A stretch of DNA of 62,591 bases, the filler included, from Stramenopiles sp. TOSAG23-3 (lineage: Eukaryota), in the NCBI GenBank assembly GCA_900128585.1. It is 4 parts of 4 records of this genome, joined end to end, with 100 filler letters (N's around TTAATTAATTAA, not from the genome) between each part and the next. Parts side by side here need not be neighbours in the genome. Positions count along the whole stretch, not along the records: positions 47,083 to 62,591 come from LT642519.1; 3 more parts are not named here. One strand, written 5' to 3'. Positions 47,083 through 57,018 of the stretch are shown here, one piece after another. The notes beneath the pieces were generated by a model. The model saw only the letters and a list, made by a program, of their open reading frames with translations, had not been told where the DNA came from and did no database searches. The position numbers and the translations under genes are program-made. Within the stretch, counting starts at the first letter, position 1; each line of letters opens with the position of its first letter.

Positions 47083-47152
47083 AGAGGGGTACCGTAGTAT
47101 TATTAATTGAGATGATAGATAAGATTAAATTTTTGATTTTAACGTGTAGCTT

Positions 47153-47977
47153 TTACACAAGTTTCCAACCTTCCAATCGGAGCAAAGAACGCAAGATCAG
47201 AATGTTATTTACCCATATGGCACCACCACCAAGTGTGCCCATAACACCCACCGTTCGAGTGTCGAGGCGGTTGTTCGATTCCTTCTTCTCTTCCCCTTTC
47301 TTGCGTTTCGGCAAGTCCTTGGTGATCAAGCGATAGGATTGCCGCAGCGCAAGCCCGTGGATAAAAATCCTTGTGTACACAAACGTCAACAAAAGGTTCG
47401 GAAACACAAAGAACCGGTAAAACTTTCCGCTCTTGGACCTATTCAGGTGAGAAATCGCGCGCAAGGCAAGGAATACACTGTTCAACTCTGCAAAAATGGC
47501 ACTGAACGCGTAAATGGAACATTTCTTGGTGGCCATGACAAAGACGGCACCAGCGGAAGCGACCGCGTGGTGCATCAGGTTTGTAACGGAAAACCCAGCC
47601 CCGGACAGCGGCATGTCTATAGCGTCCCACAAAAAATATCCAAGGCTCCACGGAAGGGAGACTTCCCTGAACCCTTTGATTGCGTAGTCGACCGTGTGCC
47701 TTTCGTCGAAAGACAACAGGGACGGGTCCTCCACTAAGGATGCTATGCTGTGGTGGGAGCTGCGAAGGGCGTGGACTAAGGAGACCGTCCAATTCACGAG
47801 CTTCGCCGCTGTCCCTTCAGAAAACCTCGATGCACTCTCACAGGTCCACGTAAAAGCATAAGAAAGGGATTTATTTAAGGCTGCAAAAAACAAAAAGTTC
47901 ATGAAAGCTTTTCTGTACAGCGCCGACGCATCCTCCGGCAGATCCCCCTTTCTCGTTTCCCGCCCCGTCTCCTCCAT
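47153..47977 (-). CDS. TLC (TRAM/LAG1/CLN8) domain membrane protein
   Basis: VSLVHA, SLGYFLWD, MHHA, ELNSVFL, TFVYTRI motifs. Confidence 0.85.
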   Translation of the reverse strand: MEETGRETRKGDLPEDASALYRKAFMNFLFFAALNKSLSYAFTWTCESASRFSEGTAAKLVNWTVSLVHALRSSHHSIASLVEDPSLLSFDERHTVDYAIKGFREVSLPWSLGYFLWDAIDMPLSGAGFSVTNLMHHAVASAGAVFVMATKKCSIYAFSAIFAELNSVFLALRAISHLNRSKSGKFYRFFVFPNLLLTFVYTRIFIHGLALRQSYRLITKDLPKRKKGEEKKESNNRLDTRTVGVMGTLGGGAIWVNNILILRSLLRLEGWKLV

Positions 47978-49004
47978 AAACCAATGTGAATTTTTACAAC
48001 GAAGGTGCCGTGTCGAACCTGTACTTTTCTTTCCAAATCAGCACTGCAGAACACTACAATTTGACCATAACGTTTTTCTTCGGAACCATACGATAATGCT
48101 TCGTTGTCTTTTTCAGTTGTTTTTTCAATGGGTATATTTCACATCGTCTGGAACGAATTAATGTTTGTTTCTTGCAACCGAAAACCAACTTAGAATGAAC
48201 TGCAACAATTAAAAACTACAAAGAAGTACCGACGAAGAGAAGAACGAAGGAACTTCTTTTCGCGCCGTTCGTTCGTTCGTAGCAATACAAATATTAGTAT
48301 TTAATACAGTCCAGGAGTAGGAAATATATTATAATAATAATAATAAAAAAAAAAAATAATTTTTTTTTAAAAATGGAGGAGCAGCGAGCAGCAGCCGACA
48401 AGAAGATCATGCTGTGAATCAAATCAATCAATTTCAAAATGATGCTATGAGTATGAGTATCTCTATATAAAAATTAAATACAATAAACTAGTACTAGTCG
48501 TCTTTCTATTTATTATTTGAGGAACACTTCCTCCAATTGTATTAATATGTACACTTGGCAGCTGTTATTCTTATATCGATATATTAATTTAAATTATTTA
48601 TTCTTTTAATGAAAGGAAAAAATAACCGCCGTCGTTTTAGTACAATAAGATAGTATTATAGTGTTATTAATAGCAGTCTTCAATTGGCCTGGCCTCCTGC
48701 TGCCTGATACCGTACTGTCTAATATTCGTATAGTTAACAAACAACTACGGTAAAAATAATAACAACACGGGTGGTGGTAGTAATAATAATAATGATAGAA
48801 TGTTTTTTCTTTATTAATTATTAGACTCTATAGATCCAATAGAGGACATGTAGTTTCAAGTTGGTAAATTTGTTTCTTACAATAGTCGATTGTTAGCTGT
48901 TGTTATATGTGAGCATTCACGATAAGGCGTATTGTGGATTGGTTTGTTCTGGGTAAATTTTGAACATCCGTTGCTGCGAGTGTGTCGAACTAGCTCTGTG
49001 AAAA

Positions 49005-51029
49005 ATGGCGGACGACGCGAAAGGTGACGGTGAAGTGCCTGTGGTGGAGGCGAGTATGGAAGACGCCATAGCGGCTGCGCTAGCGGCGATGAGCACGACA
49101 ATGACCGTTGCCGCGAGTGCCGTGAAGTTGAAGGAAAAGAAGACTAGGGGAGATGGAAATGTCGCGAAAGACGAGGGTGACCCGCGCCCCGCTGCAAAAC
49201 CGGAAGGGGCCCTTGGCGTGGCCGCGGAGAAGCCCAAAGAATCGGAAAAAATAGTCCCAACCAGACCGAAAGAGTTTCGCAAACCTGTAAATAGTGTTAC
49301 TCCGAAAGCCAGTAGAATCAGCAACCAAGCGCATGAACAGACCAAAGAGAAAATAAATGTGAAGAGGACCCAGCCAAACGCGTCCTCCAAACCGGCCCTA
49401 AAGCCGCCCATCGATGCGACGAGTGAACCTGCGTGTGCTACGGAGACGGTTGCGGCCGCCGTGGGGGGTGGACAGCGGGAGGCCAAGAAAGCCTCGCGGC
49501 CGTTGGACCGGAAACAGCGGGTGCTTCCCAAGCCTCAATCGAAAACTAGCCTTCAGCAGCAGCAGCAGAAAAAATCTAAGAACATTTTGATCACGAAAGA
49601 AACGTACGCAAACATGCCCGCAAGGCAAGAGGGGGAACGAACGAAGAAGATGAACGATTACCAACTGAAAGAGTACAAGAAGCAGCTGGAGCGTTTGACA
49701 AAGCTGAAAGACGAGAACAGCACCCTGCAGGCGTTGATTCGGGAAGAAAAAATAATAGACAAGCAGCTCAAGAAAACTGTGCTTGAAATTTCCAAGCTAA
49801 TTGACGCGAGCACGGATGCCATAGAGAATGCAGGCGTGCAGAACAAAGCAAAGTCGGACTTGGGAGAAAGCATTACTGACATTGAGCAGAAAAGTAGGGA
49901 ACAGCTTCACTACCACAAAGTGCTGAATCGAATGAACGCCCGTCTTATCGTGGAGCTGAAGACAAACCATGCGAAAAGCTACACCTTGGCGGAGGAAGAA
50001 AAGGAAGCTGGCAAAGAGTTGGCATACTTGTCGTTGCAGCGCAGTAGGCTGATGAACGTGGCGGAAGTAGCCGAGTTCGAGCTTGTCAAACAGCGAGAGG
50101 AAAATGCTGAAAAACGGCGGCTTCAGAAAGAGAAAATGCGGCAAATTAAAGTAGAAATAGATGATTTGGAAAGCATGGTTGAATTGCATAGAAAAATGGA
50201 GAAAAGATTAGAAGAGACGCGCAAGCAGGCGCTTGGAGACCTTACAGCAGACGCGGAGATTGCCCTGGTCCAAGCAGCGACGGGCAGTAGATTTAAATCG
50301 TCCTACCTGACGATAACAAACGAGTACGAAAAGAAGTTGTTGACCGAATCCCGGAGGGTCTTTGCAAAGTTCCAGAAAGCCTGCGGCCTATCGACGACCA
50401 AGGATATATTGGCACTTGATGAATCCTTCAGAAGGCACCTCAAAACGTTGCCCGAGCGCTTGAAAGAGACGCAAAAGAAAATTAAAAACGAACAGTCAAT
50501 GCTGAACCTTCACAACAGCGACTTGGACTTTTTGTCAAAGCACAAGGACAACTCGAAGGCTGGCAAGGAGGAGATGAGACTGCTGCTAGACAAGGAAATA
50601 AATGTTTTGAAAACGAAGAAGTCCACGTTAAAAGAGTTGCAGGGTGAGACAGATTATATCCGGAACATAATGTTAAAGGTCTTTCGCAGCATGCGTGCGC
50701 TCACTACAAAACTGGGCTCCATGCGCAGTAAAGTTTACAAAGATGAGGAAGTCTTAAAGAATGTACTGCCCCCCTACAGCGACGAACAGGTTAAGCAATT
50801 CTTCAAGAATTTTGAGACGGAATGCACTCTGATGGAAAGGAAACTTCCTCCAACACTTCCCCTGGACCGTACCGTAGAAGATTCGAAACAGCACTGGAAC
50901 AAGACATTGGACGAATGTTTGAATCCGTTTCAAGCCACAGCAGCAAACGATTCAGAAGAAATAAATGAATGCATCAAGTCCATGTTGAAGATGGGCAACG
51001 ACGCTCTAAAAAAATCGTTAGAGCAATGA
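49005..51029 (+). CDS. Coiled-coil protein with disordered N-terminus
   Basis: 674-aa ORF, extended E/K/Q-rich heptads; family not recognised with confidence. Confidence 0.7.
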   Translation: MADDAKGDGEVPVVEASMEDAIAAALAAMSTTMTVAASAVKLKEKKTRGDGNVAKDEGDPRPAAKPEGALGVAAEKPKESEKIVPTRPKEFRKPVNSVTPKASRISNQAHEQTKEKINVKRTQPNASSKPALKPPIDATSEPACATETVAAAVGGGQREAKKASRPLDRKQRVLPKPQSKTSLQQQQQKKSKNILITKETYANMPARQEGERTKKMNDYQLKEYKKQLERLTKLKDENSTLQALIREEKIIDKQLKKTVLEISKLIDASTDAIENAGVQNKAKSDLGESITDIEQKSREQLHYHKVLNRMNARLIVELKTNHAKSYTLAEEEKEAGKELAYLSLQRSRLMNVAEVAEFELVKQREENAEKRRLQKEKMRQIKVEIDDLESMVELHRKMEKRLEETRKQALGDLTADAEIALVQAATGSRFKSSYLTITNEYEKKLLTESRRVFAKFQKACGLSTTKDILALDESFRRHLKTLPERLKETQKKIKNEQSMLNLHNSDLDFLSKHKDNSKAGKEEMRLLLDKEINVLKTKKSTLKELQGETDYIRNIMLKVFRSMRALTTKLGSMRSKVYKDEEVLKNVLPPYSDEQVKQFFKNFETECTLMERKLPPTLPLDRTVEDSKQHWNKTLDECLNPFQATAANDSEEINECIKSMLKMGNDALKKSLEQ

Positions 51030-51088
51030 GCTAGCATGAATAAACAGGCAGCGCGTAGATACGCTTTCAGATAATTTAATATTCTAAA

Positions 51089-51122
51089 TTAATTACTGAA
51101 ATAACAGCCAATTTTCTTGTTT
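51089..51122 (+). repeat. Convergent-intergenic repeat core
   Basis: ttaattactgaaataacagccaattttcttgttt. Confidence 0.85.
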
Positions 51123-51157
51123 ATTAACAGGATGTTAAAATATGTAATAACTTATGA

Positions 51158-51200
51158 NNNNNNNNNNNNNNNNNNNNNNNNNNNNNNNNNNNNNNNNNNN
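51158..51200. other. Scaffold N gap
   Basis: 43 Ns without the TTAA linker. Confidence 0.9.
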
Positions 51201-51421
51201 CAAGAACAATGTCTCCTCCTATTACGGATCCTCCCCAAGTTCTGGTCAAGATTCCAACTGGCAAGTAAACAGCGGCTTACTTTTTTTTGAGGTGCTCGTT
51301 GTCTGTTGTACTGCTCTATGAAATAATGATCGGTATTGAGTTTGATCGTTTCGGGTGCAATAGATATATCGAGCGAGACCCATTTCCGGCAAAACCACCC
51401 TAACCCAAAAACACTTTCTTT

Positions 51422-51521
51422 AAAAACAAAAAATTGTCTGTTATTTAAAGTAATTAAAATTTAGCTTCCTCATATACTGGTACCACGAAAATGAATCTAC
51501 TCCTTTTGTCCATTAAAGGTT
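51422..51521 (-). repeat. Convergent-intergenic repeat, long form
   Basis: Reverse complement reads aaacctttaatggacaaaaggagtagattcattttcgtggtaccagtatatgaggaagctaaattttaattactttaaataacagacaattttttgttttt, closely matching 54559-54656. Confidence 0.9.
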
Positions 51522-51634
51522 TACGTTCCTTCATGTACTACGAATTTATCTCTACAGTTGTGATTTTAGTATGATAATCAACATTTTCTTTAACGCACAA
51601 TTTTGCTTTTTATCTCTCCCCCCCCGTTTTTTTT

Positions 51635-52545
51635 TCACAAAATACCAAGGGATGCCAGAGTTTCCTGTAATCGGCCGTACTGTTTCCATACCATTGTACA
51701 AAGAATACCACAACCTGGTGGGGGGTGCTCTTTCGGGTCGTATCGTATGATCAGAACGGGACGATCGGCGTCTGGGTGTCGATTCGCTCCACCGCGGTGT
51801 AGCGTTCGAGAGTCAAAACAAAACATTTCGCCGAGCTGCAGCGTGGCATGGACCGGTTTGTGGCGAACCTTCACCGAATTGCGAAAAAAATAGTCAAAGA
51901 CTCTGGACTGCCCGTGTTTGTCATGGAGACGATACGAGCCTTCCAAGATCTCCGTGGGGCCATGGTCCATCGCAACGTCGTCCAGGGCGACTACAAAGGT
52001 CAAGCTGGCAGCGGTATTGTCGACATGAAAAAATTGATTTTCGCTACCAGGTCGGCTCACAAGCAATTGGAGTTGCGTGACGTTGAACTTATCACCAAAC
52101 CCGTGATGTTCAAAGTAAGGCTTTGCGTACTCACGAAGTTGGGTTTCTATGGTTTTGACGACACCCTGCCAAGATTGATCGCAGTGATTTTGCCGCTGGG
52201 CTGCCGTCGTAAAATTGTATTTTGCGTATTCATCGTTCAGCCACAAGTGAAACCGCCCACGCGTGACTTCTATGGGCGCCCTGGACCGCACTTCAACAGC
52301 TTTCAAGCACTCCGCGTCTTTCGCGTTAATAATTGGCCCTTGAAAAAAATAGCCATTACCTAACAAATTCGCCATCTTCCCGCCCAATTTATTCCTGTTT
52401 TCTGCTGGTGTCCTTGGAGTCCCCCCCGCCCCCCCCCCCCAACGCTTTCCGCCTTGTTACCCCCATCCTTGCATTCCACAAACAACCGCAAACCTCCGAA
52501 CGCTACAACGCCACCTCCGAAGACCCTCCAACCATTTCGGATCAT
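51635..52545 (-). CDS. Phytanoyl-CoA dioxygenase (PhyH)-family Fe(II)/2OG oxygenase; frameshift at G-run 52421-52440
   Basis: QFFHVD, GPTEILEGS, FDSRTLHRGGAN, RPVL; ORF 52360-52545 supplies an ATG and a targeting-like N-terminus if one G is added to the run. Confidence 0.8.
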
Positions 52546-52952
52546 CTCTATCCTCTTCTTAGTAAAACTTATGTTTGTACAATTTTTTGGTTAACTTAAA
52601 AAATAAAACAATCGTTTCAAAAATTATCTTTAAATGGATGCAAGAACATAGGCATCGATATCTTTAAAACAATCATTCTTCTTATTACTTGTTTTAAAGA
52701 CAAAAAAAAACAAATAAAAAAATTATTATTAGCAATTATTATTTTTTTTTTCCACGACGAGAAGAAGAAAAGAAGAAGAAGAGGAGGACTACTACCCCCC
52801 GCCGTACCGTACTGGTACCGTATCTTATTACATAACATAGGTAGGGTACAGCGTTGAGATAGAAATCCCAAATATATTTGGCGGATTTTCAATAATCGAT
52901 TTGGGATTTTCAATCGATTAATTTGGAGGAGAGGGAGAACAAAAGCTTCTTT

Positions 52953-52995
52953 CTTCAGTTCTCTTCTCCTCTTCAGTTCTCTTCTCCTCTTCAGT
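52953..52995. repeat. 18-nt tandem repeat
   Basis: cttcagttctcttctcct x2 plus a partial third unit. Confidence 0.85.
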
Positions 52996-53247
52996 CCTCA
53001 CTTATTATATAATAAAATACATAAGAGATATACAGTTCTTGACCGCACTTCCTAGACTACGTTTGTTTCTGATTTGTTCAATAAATCCATGAATGAAGCA
53101 GCCAATCCATTGAGTTGGCACTGCAAATGTACAGCAATTCATTCTCCAGCGGTCGAAATAAAACGAATGCGCACTATTGAAATTGTCAACCTTTCTTTCT
53201 AATCGTGTCTCATAAAAAATACATATATTTCACACAAGAAAGCAAAT

Positions 53248-54534
53248 ATGTCTTCGTGGGCAGCCGCCGTTGCTTCCGTGGAGAGCAAACTAGTAAGCTT
53301 TGTTAAATTTGCGATCGCAAAACTTGACGCAGCGACGGAGGAACTGACAGACGAGGATCCTGAAGACAACTACCAAGAATTGTGCACCTTTGCTTACGGC
53401 ATGTCTAGGAACCTGAAAGCGACAGGCGCAGGGGCTTCTGCTCCCCTGAAAGCCGCCGTCCGCGCTGGGCTTCTTGAAGCTTGGGACATTGGAGCAGAAA
53501 AACCTGGCGTATCTTTGCGAGAAACCGGGGTGCCGGGCCTCAGAGCAGCGCTCGAAGGGCTTCTTAAAGCTGGCGGTGCGTTGGGAGAAACCGCAGCCAA
53601 GCACGAGGAAGCAGAAGCCGCACATATGGCAGCCGCGGAGGAAAACGCGTCGCAAGACACAAAGCCGTCCAACATCAAGGATATGAGCATGCAAGAGGCG
53701 TTCACCCACCTGTGGGACGTCCTGGACAAGGGAAACCGGCTGGAGTGGGGCGACGAAGGGTTTACCCTTCATTTGCAGTCAAAGGGTAGGTACAATTCGA
53801 TCCAGGACAGGTGCTCCGATCCTCTGTTTTCTTATGTGAACAAAAGTCACCCGTTTTGGAGCTCCAATGTCACAAAGGCATTTATCAACCTGCTCGACAA
53901 CTACGAAAGGGAGACGGGTAAAACAGAGAGTTTTTCGAATACAGAAAAGCGAGAAATGAGCGTTTTCATGGATGCATTCTGTGCAACGGACATCGCTCGC
54001 TTCGTTTTCAATTACTTGAAGATTCACGGAAAAGACAGGCGGACCAAGAGGATGCGCTCCATGAACGATTTCAAAAATATCATTTACGACATTTGGTTCG
54101 CACCGTACCGGCGTTTTCGTCGGAACGATTCGTCGGGGTTTGAGCACGTCTTTGTGGGGGAGGAGAAGAAAGGACAAATTATCGGGCTTCACAACTGGTT
54201 ACAATTTTACCTTGAAGAAAAGAAGGGAAACGTCAATTACCTCGGTTGGGCAGGAAAACAAGACCGCGATTACTCGGACGATTGCAACATTGTGTCCGTC
54301 AAATTCACGTGGGACGATGATGACGAAGCGGTTGAAACCAAACCAATCAGCACTATGTTGTGCGGGTCTACCGTTGAGTTTGAAATTGCAATTTTGACCC
54401 TGACCTTTTTGGGGGGCGATCAGAATGGCGACACACCGTGCATACTTGGCTCCGAGAGGTGCAAGATCACTTGCCACCCACAGCGTGCGATGGGCGGTCC
54501 AAAAATCGGGACGGCCTATATAGAGATTGCGTAG
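53248..54534 (+). CDS. ENDOU: EndoU/XendoU-family poly(U)-specific endoribonuclease with N-terminal helical extension
   Basis: LLDNYE, SSGFEHVFVGE, GLHNWLQFYLEE, KPIS...GS..EFE.A, IGTAY. Confidence 0.92.
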   Translation: MSSWAAAVASVESKLVSFVKFAIAKLDAATEELTDEDPEDNYQELCTFAYGMSRNLKATGAGASAPLKAAVRAGLLEAWDIGAEKPGVSLRETGVPGLRAALEGLLKAGGALGETAAKHEEAEAAHMAAAEENASQDTKPSNIKDMSMQEAFTHLWDVLDKGNRLEWGDEGFTLHLQSKGRYNSIQDRCSDPLFSYVNKSHPFWSSNVTKAFINLLDNYERETGKTESFSNTEKREMSVFMDAFCATDIARFVFNYLKIHGKDRRTKRMRSMNDFKNIIYDIWFAPYRRFRRNDSSGFEHVFVGEEKKGQIIGLHNWLQFYLEEKKGNVNYLGWAGKQDRDYSDDCNIVSVKFTWDDDDEAVETKPISTMLCGSTVEFEIAILTLTFLGGDQNGDTPCILGSERCKITCHPQRAMGGPKIGTAYIEIA

Positions 54535-54558
54535 CGGAGAGATCAGTAATGTAAAAGC

Positions 54559-54821
54559 AAACCTCAAATGGACCAAAGCTGAGTAGATTCATTTTCGCGG
54601 TATATGAGGAAGCCTAATTTTAATTAACTTAAAATAACAGCCAATTTTTTGTTTTTAAATAAAACAAGAAAATTGGCTGTTATTATAAGAACAAGAAAAT
54701 TGGCTGTTATTTAAGTAATTAAATTTAGCTTCCTCATAGGTGGCTGTTATAGTGCTATTAAGTAATTAAATAAAAACACCATCATAAAATTACTTAAAAA
54801 TAACAGCCAATTTTTTGTTTT
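54559..54821. repeat. Fold-back array of the convergent-intergenic repeat (5 units, both orientations)
   Basis: Forward 54559-54656, reverse 54661-54684 and 54690-54738, partial reverse 54741-54770, forward 54788-54821. Confidence 0.92.
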
Positions 54822-54917
54822 AAAAATCCTGAATGAAAAATACTACTCGTAAGTTAAGATGCTATGATACGCGCTATTCGCTCGCGCACACGAGTTTTTT
54901 CTCTCTTTTTTTCTCAA

Positions 54918-56294
54918 TTAATCTTCCTTGCCCTTCTCCTTCTCCCTTTTATAATTCTTTTCAAAGAACGCAAAAAGAACCATTAATGCGATGGCACACG
55001 AAAGAGAACAGTACGTGAACAGCTGAATTAGTTTTTTCATAGGGTTCCCTTCCTCGGTTCCCCCACTTTGTTGAAGGTATAAAACCAACACAGAACCGCC
55101 GTACCCAAATACATCCACAAAAGAATTCGACGTGGCCATGACTCGTCTTGTCGAATGCCTCATTGTCCATGTGCCCATGCACAAATAGAATGCCGGTGCT
55201 ACGGTGAAGCCTAACAAGAATGTAACCCCCACTTTCATGAGCGGGCCGGCAACCATGTGATCCTGACTACTCTCCGTCTCAAAATCCTTCAACAGTATCG
55301 AAAACAGCACGTAATTACAAAGCATTGGTGCTGCTAGCAACAGCCCTTTGTGGACATCCGATGTCACTTTGTCGAAAAAAACACCGAATATCAAAACAGA
55401 AACTAAAATACCAGCGTGCCACGCAGTTACGCCAACATTGATGTCGGTTAAATTGAGCGTTTTGTCCATGCTTAGCCAAATTGGAACTTGGCTTTGAAAC
55501 TCGGCTATTGGAGTCGTCGATGCTTGCACGAGTGCTGCCAAATAAAACGTTGGTTCGAAAATGGTGCAATCAAAAAGTTCGTTCCAAAACCTTTTCCTCT
55601 TTCCCTTCCTCTGTTCTGGCGCGTCTTTGTCAATTGTTTGGTCACTTGGCACTCCGGCCCGTCCGCTTTCCTCTCTTTTTTCCGGCTCATTTTCCAGATT
55701 CAAGCTTAGAATAATGCCGTACAAACACAACGCTATCCCACAACCTAAAAAGTTCATCTGAACGGTCGTTTTAGCGTTTAAATAGGCAATTGCGAAACTA
55801 ACTATCATCACGCCAATTCTGGACGCGGTAGACATTGCCCCCCAAGCACGGCCGTGCTCGTTTGTCGGGAACCACGCGTCAAACAAGAGATTAGACGCTG
55901 GCCAAGTAGCTGTTTGAAAAAATCGTATTAAATTCCAACCAAGAAAAATTGAGACCAGCGGAGTGTTGCTGATTGGTGTTATTATCCCACAACCAATAAT
56001 AACTACACCACAACACAACAGACTGGCCACACCGACACCGTATGGGGTTAACGCGGCAATAACTGGTCCGCTCGAAAACTTCCCAACAATAGTTACCATT
56101 GTTCCTACTGATAATAGTAAAGGAACGTCGTCCCCTTTGAAGTTTCGATACTCGTTTGTGTTGGAAATTATATTCGGTAAATTTGCCTCAAAAATCACCC
56201 GAGCAGAGCCGCTGACTAACGCGTGACAAAACCACCAAAATAGGAGAATCCTCCACCGCTTTTCGTTGGGTTCAGTTGCTACTCCACCAGTCAT
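54918..56294 (-). CDS. MFS transporter (GlpT/sugar-phosphate exchanger-like)
   Basis: About 12 TM segments; GKFSSG, FFQTATWP...WFPTNEHGRAWGAMSTASRIG. Confidence 0.88.
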   Translation of the reverse strand: MTGGVATEPNEKRWRILLFWWFCHALVSGSARVIFEANLPNIISNTNEYRNFKGDDVPLLLSVGTMVTIVGKFSSGPVIAALTPYGVGVASLLCCGVVIIGCGIITPISNTPLVSIFLGWNLIRFFQTATWPASNLLFDAWFPTNEHGRAWGAMSTASRIGVMIVSFAIAYLNAKTTVQMNFLGCGIALCLYGIILSLNLENEPEKREESGRAGVPSDQTIDKDAPEQRKGKRKRFWNELFDCTIFEPTFYLAALVQASTTPIAEFQSQVPIWLSMDKTLNLTDINVGVTAWHAGILVSVLIFGVFFDKVTSDVHKGLLLAAPMLCNYVLFSILLKDFETESSQDHMVAGPLMKVGVTFLLGFTVAPAFYLCMGTWTMRHSTRRVMATSNSFVDVFGYGGSVLVLYLQQSGGTEEGNPMKKLIQLFTYCSLSCAIALMVLFAFFEKNYKREKEKGKED

Positions 56295-57018
56295 TTTTAA
56301 CCCTCACGAAAAATAATGATACTAATCCACTCAAAACCCTTCCGCACGAACTCACTCACCGTTTATATATTTTCATCAGGTATGTTGATTATACAAAGTA
56401 CACAAAATAGTACCCACGCTTTTAAATTTGAATTATTCTCCAATCTATACTAAGAAGAAATCAATAATATATAGTTAAAATAATTTGTAAAAAGAGTTTC
56501 AAATGCAATATAATCAATTTGATTCCAAAAAAAGGGAGGCGCGTACACAAAATCAAAATCATACATAATACACTCCATCCGCGGCGGGATTTCCAATGCT
56601 AAATTTACGAAAGTGTTTTTTTGGAATCAGATCTTCTTCTTCTTCTATTTTTTTCTTTTTTTTTTTTCTTCTTTTTTCTTCTTTGTTTTATCTTACAGTC
56701 GTCTTCCTTCTCTCTGTTGTTCTGCTGCTGCTGCTTTGGTGATGTTCGTTTTAGGAGATGCGGTGGTTGTGATACTCCTAAAAAATAATAAAAAATTATT
56801 ATTAATTAGAACGAACGAAAGAAGAATTGTTGTTGAACTTGCCATTATTATTATTAGTGCCAATTATAGACGACGAGTAGTTTAAGTACACGCCGGCATT
56901 TTTGTAAGCAGTAAGTAAAAGACTAACGTAATAATTATAAAATCATGTTCAACAAATTCGGTTCTTCTATTTACTGTGAGGATTAAGAAACAAAGAAAGA
57001 GCCAGAGTCACTACAAAC

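Noticed and set aside
49005-51029. Assignment to a flagellar dynein docking-complex subunit
   Set aside because: Only a generic coiled-coil resemblance; cannot be supported without a profile search
52421-52440. Programmed frameshifting at G-runs (here and 8362-8371)
   Set aside because: The two sites need corrections in opposite directions and both are long homopolymers; sequencing error is more parsimonious
54559-54821. CRISPR array
   Set aside because: Units are in mixed orientation without regular unique spacers, there are no cas genes, and the context is eukaryotic
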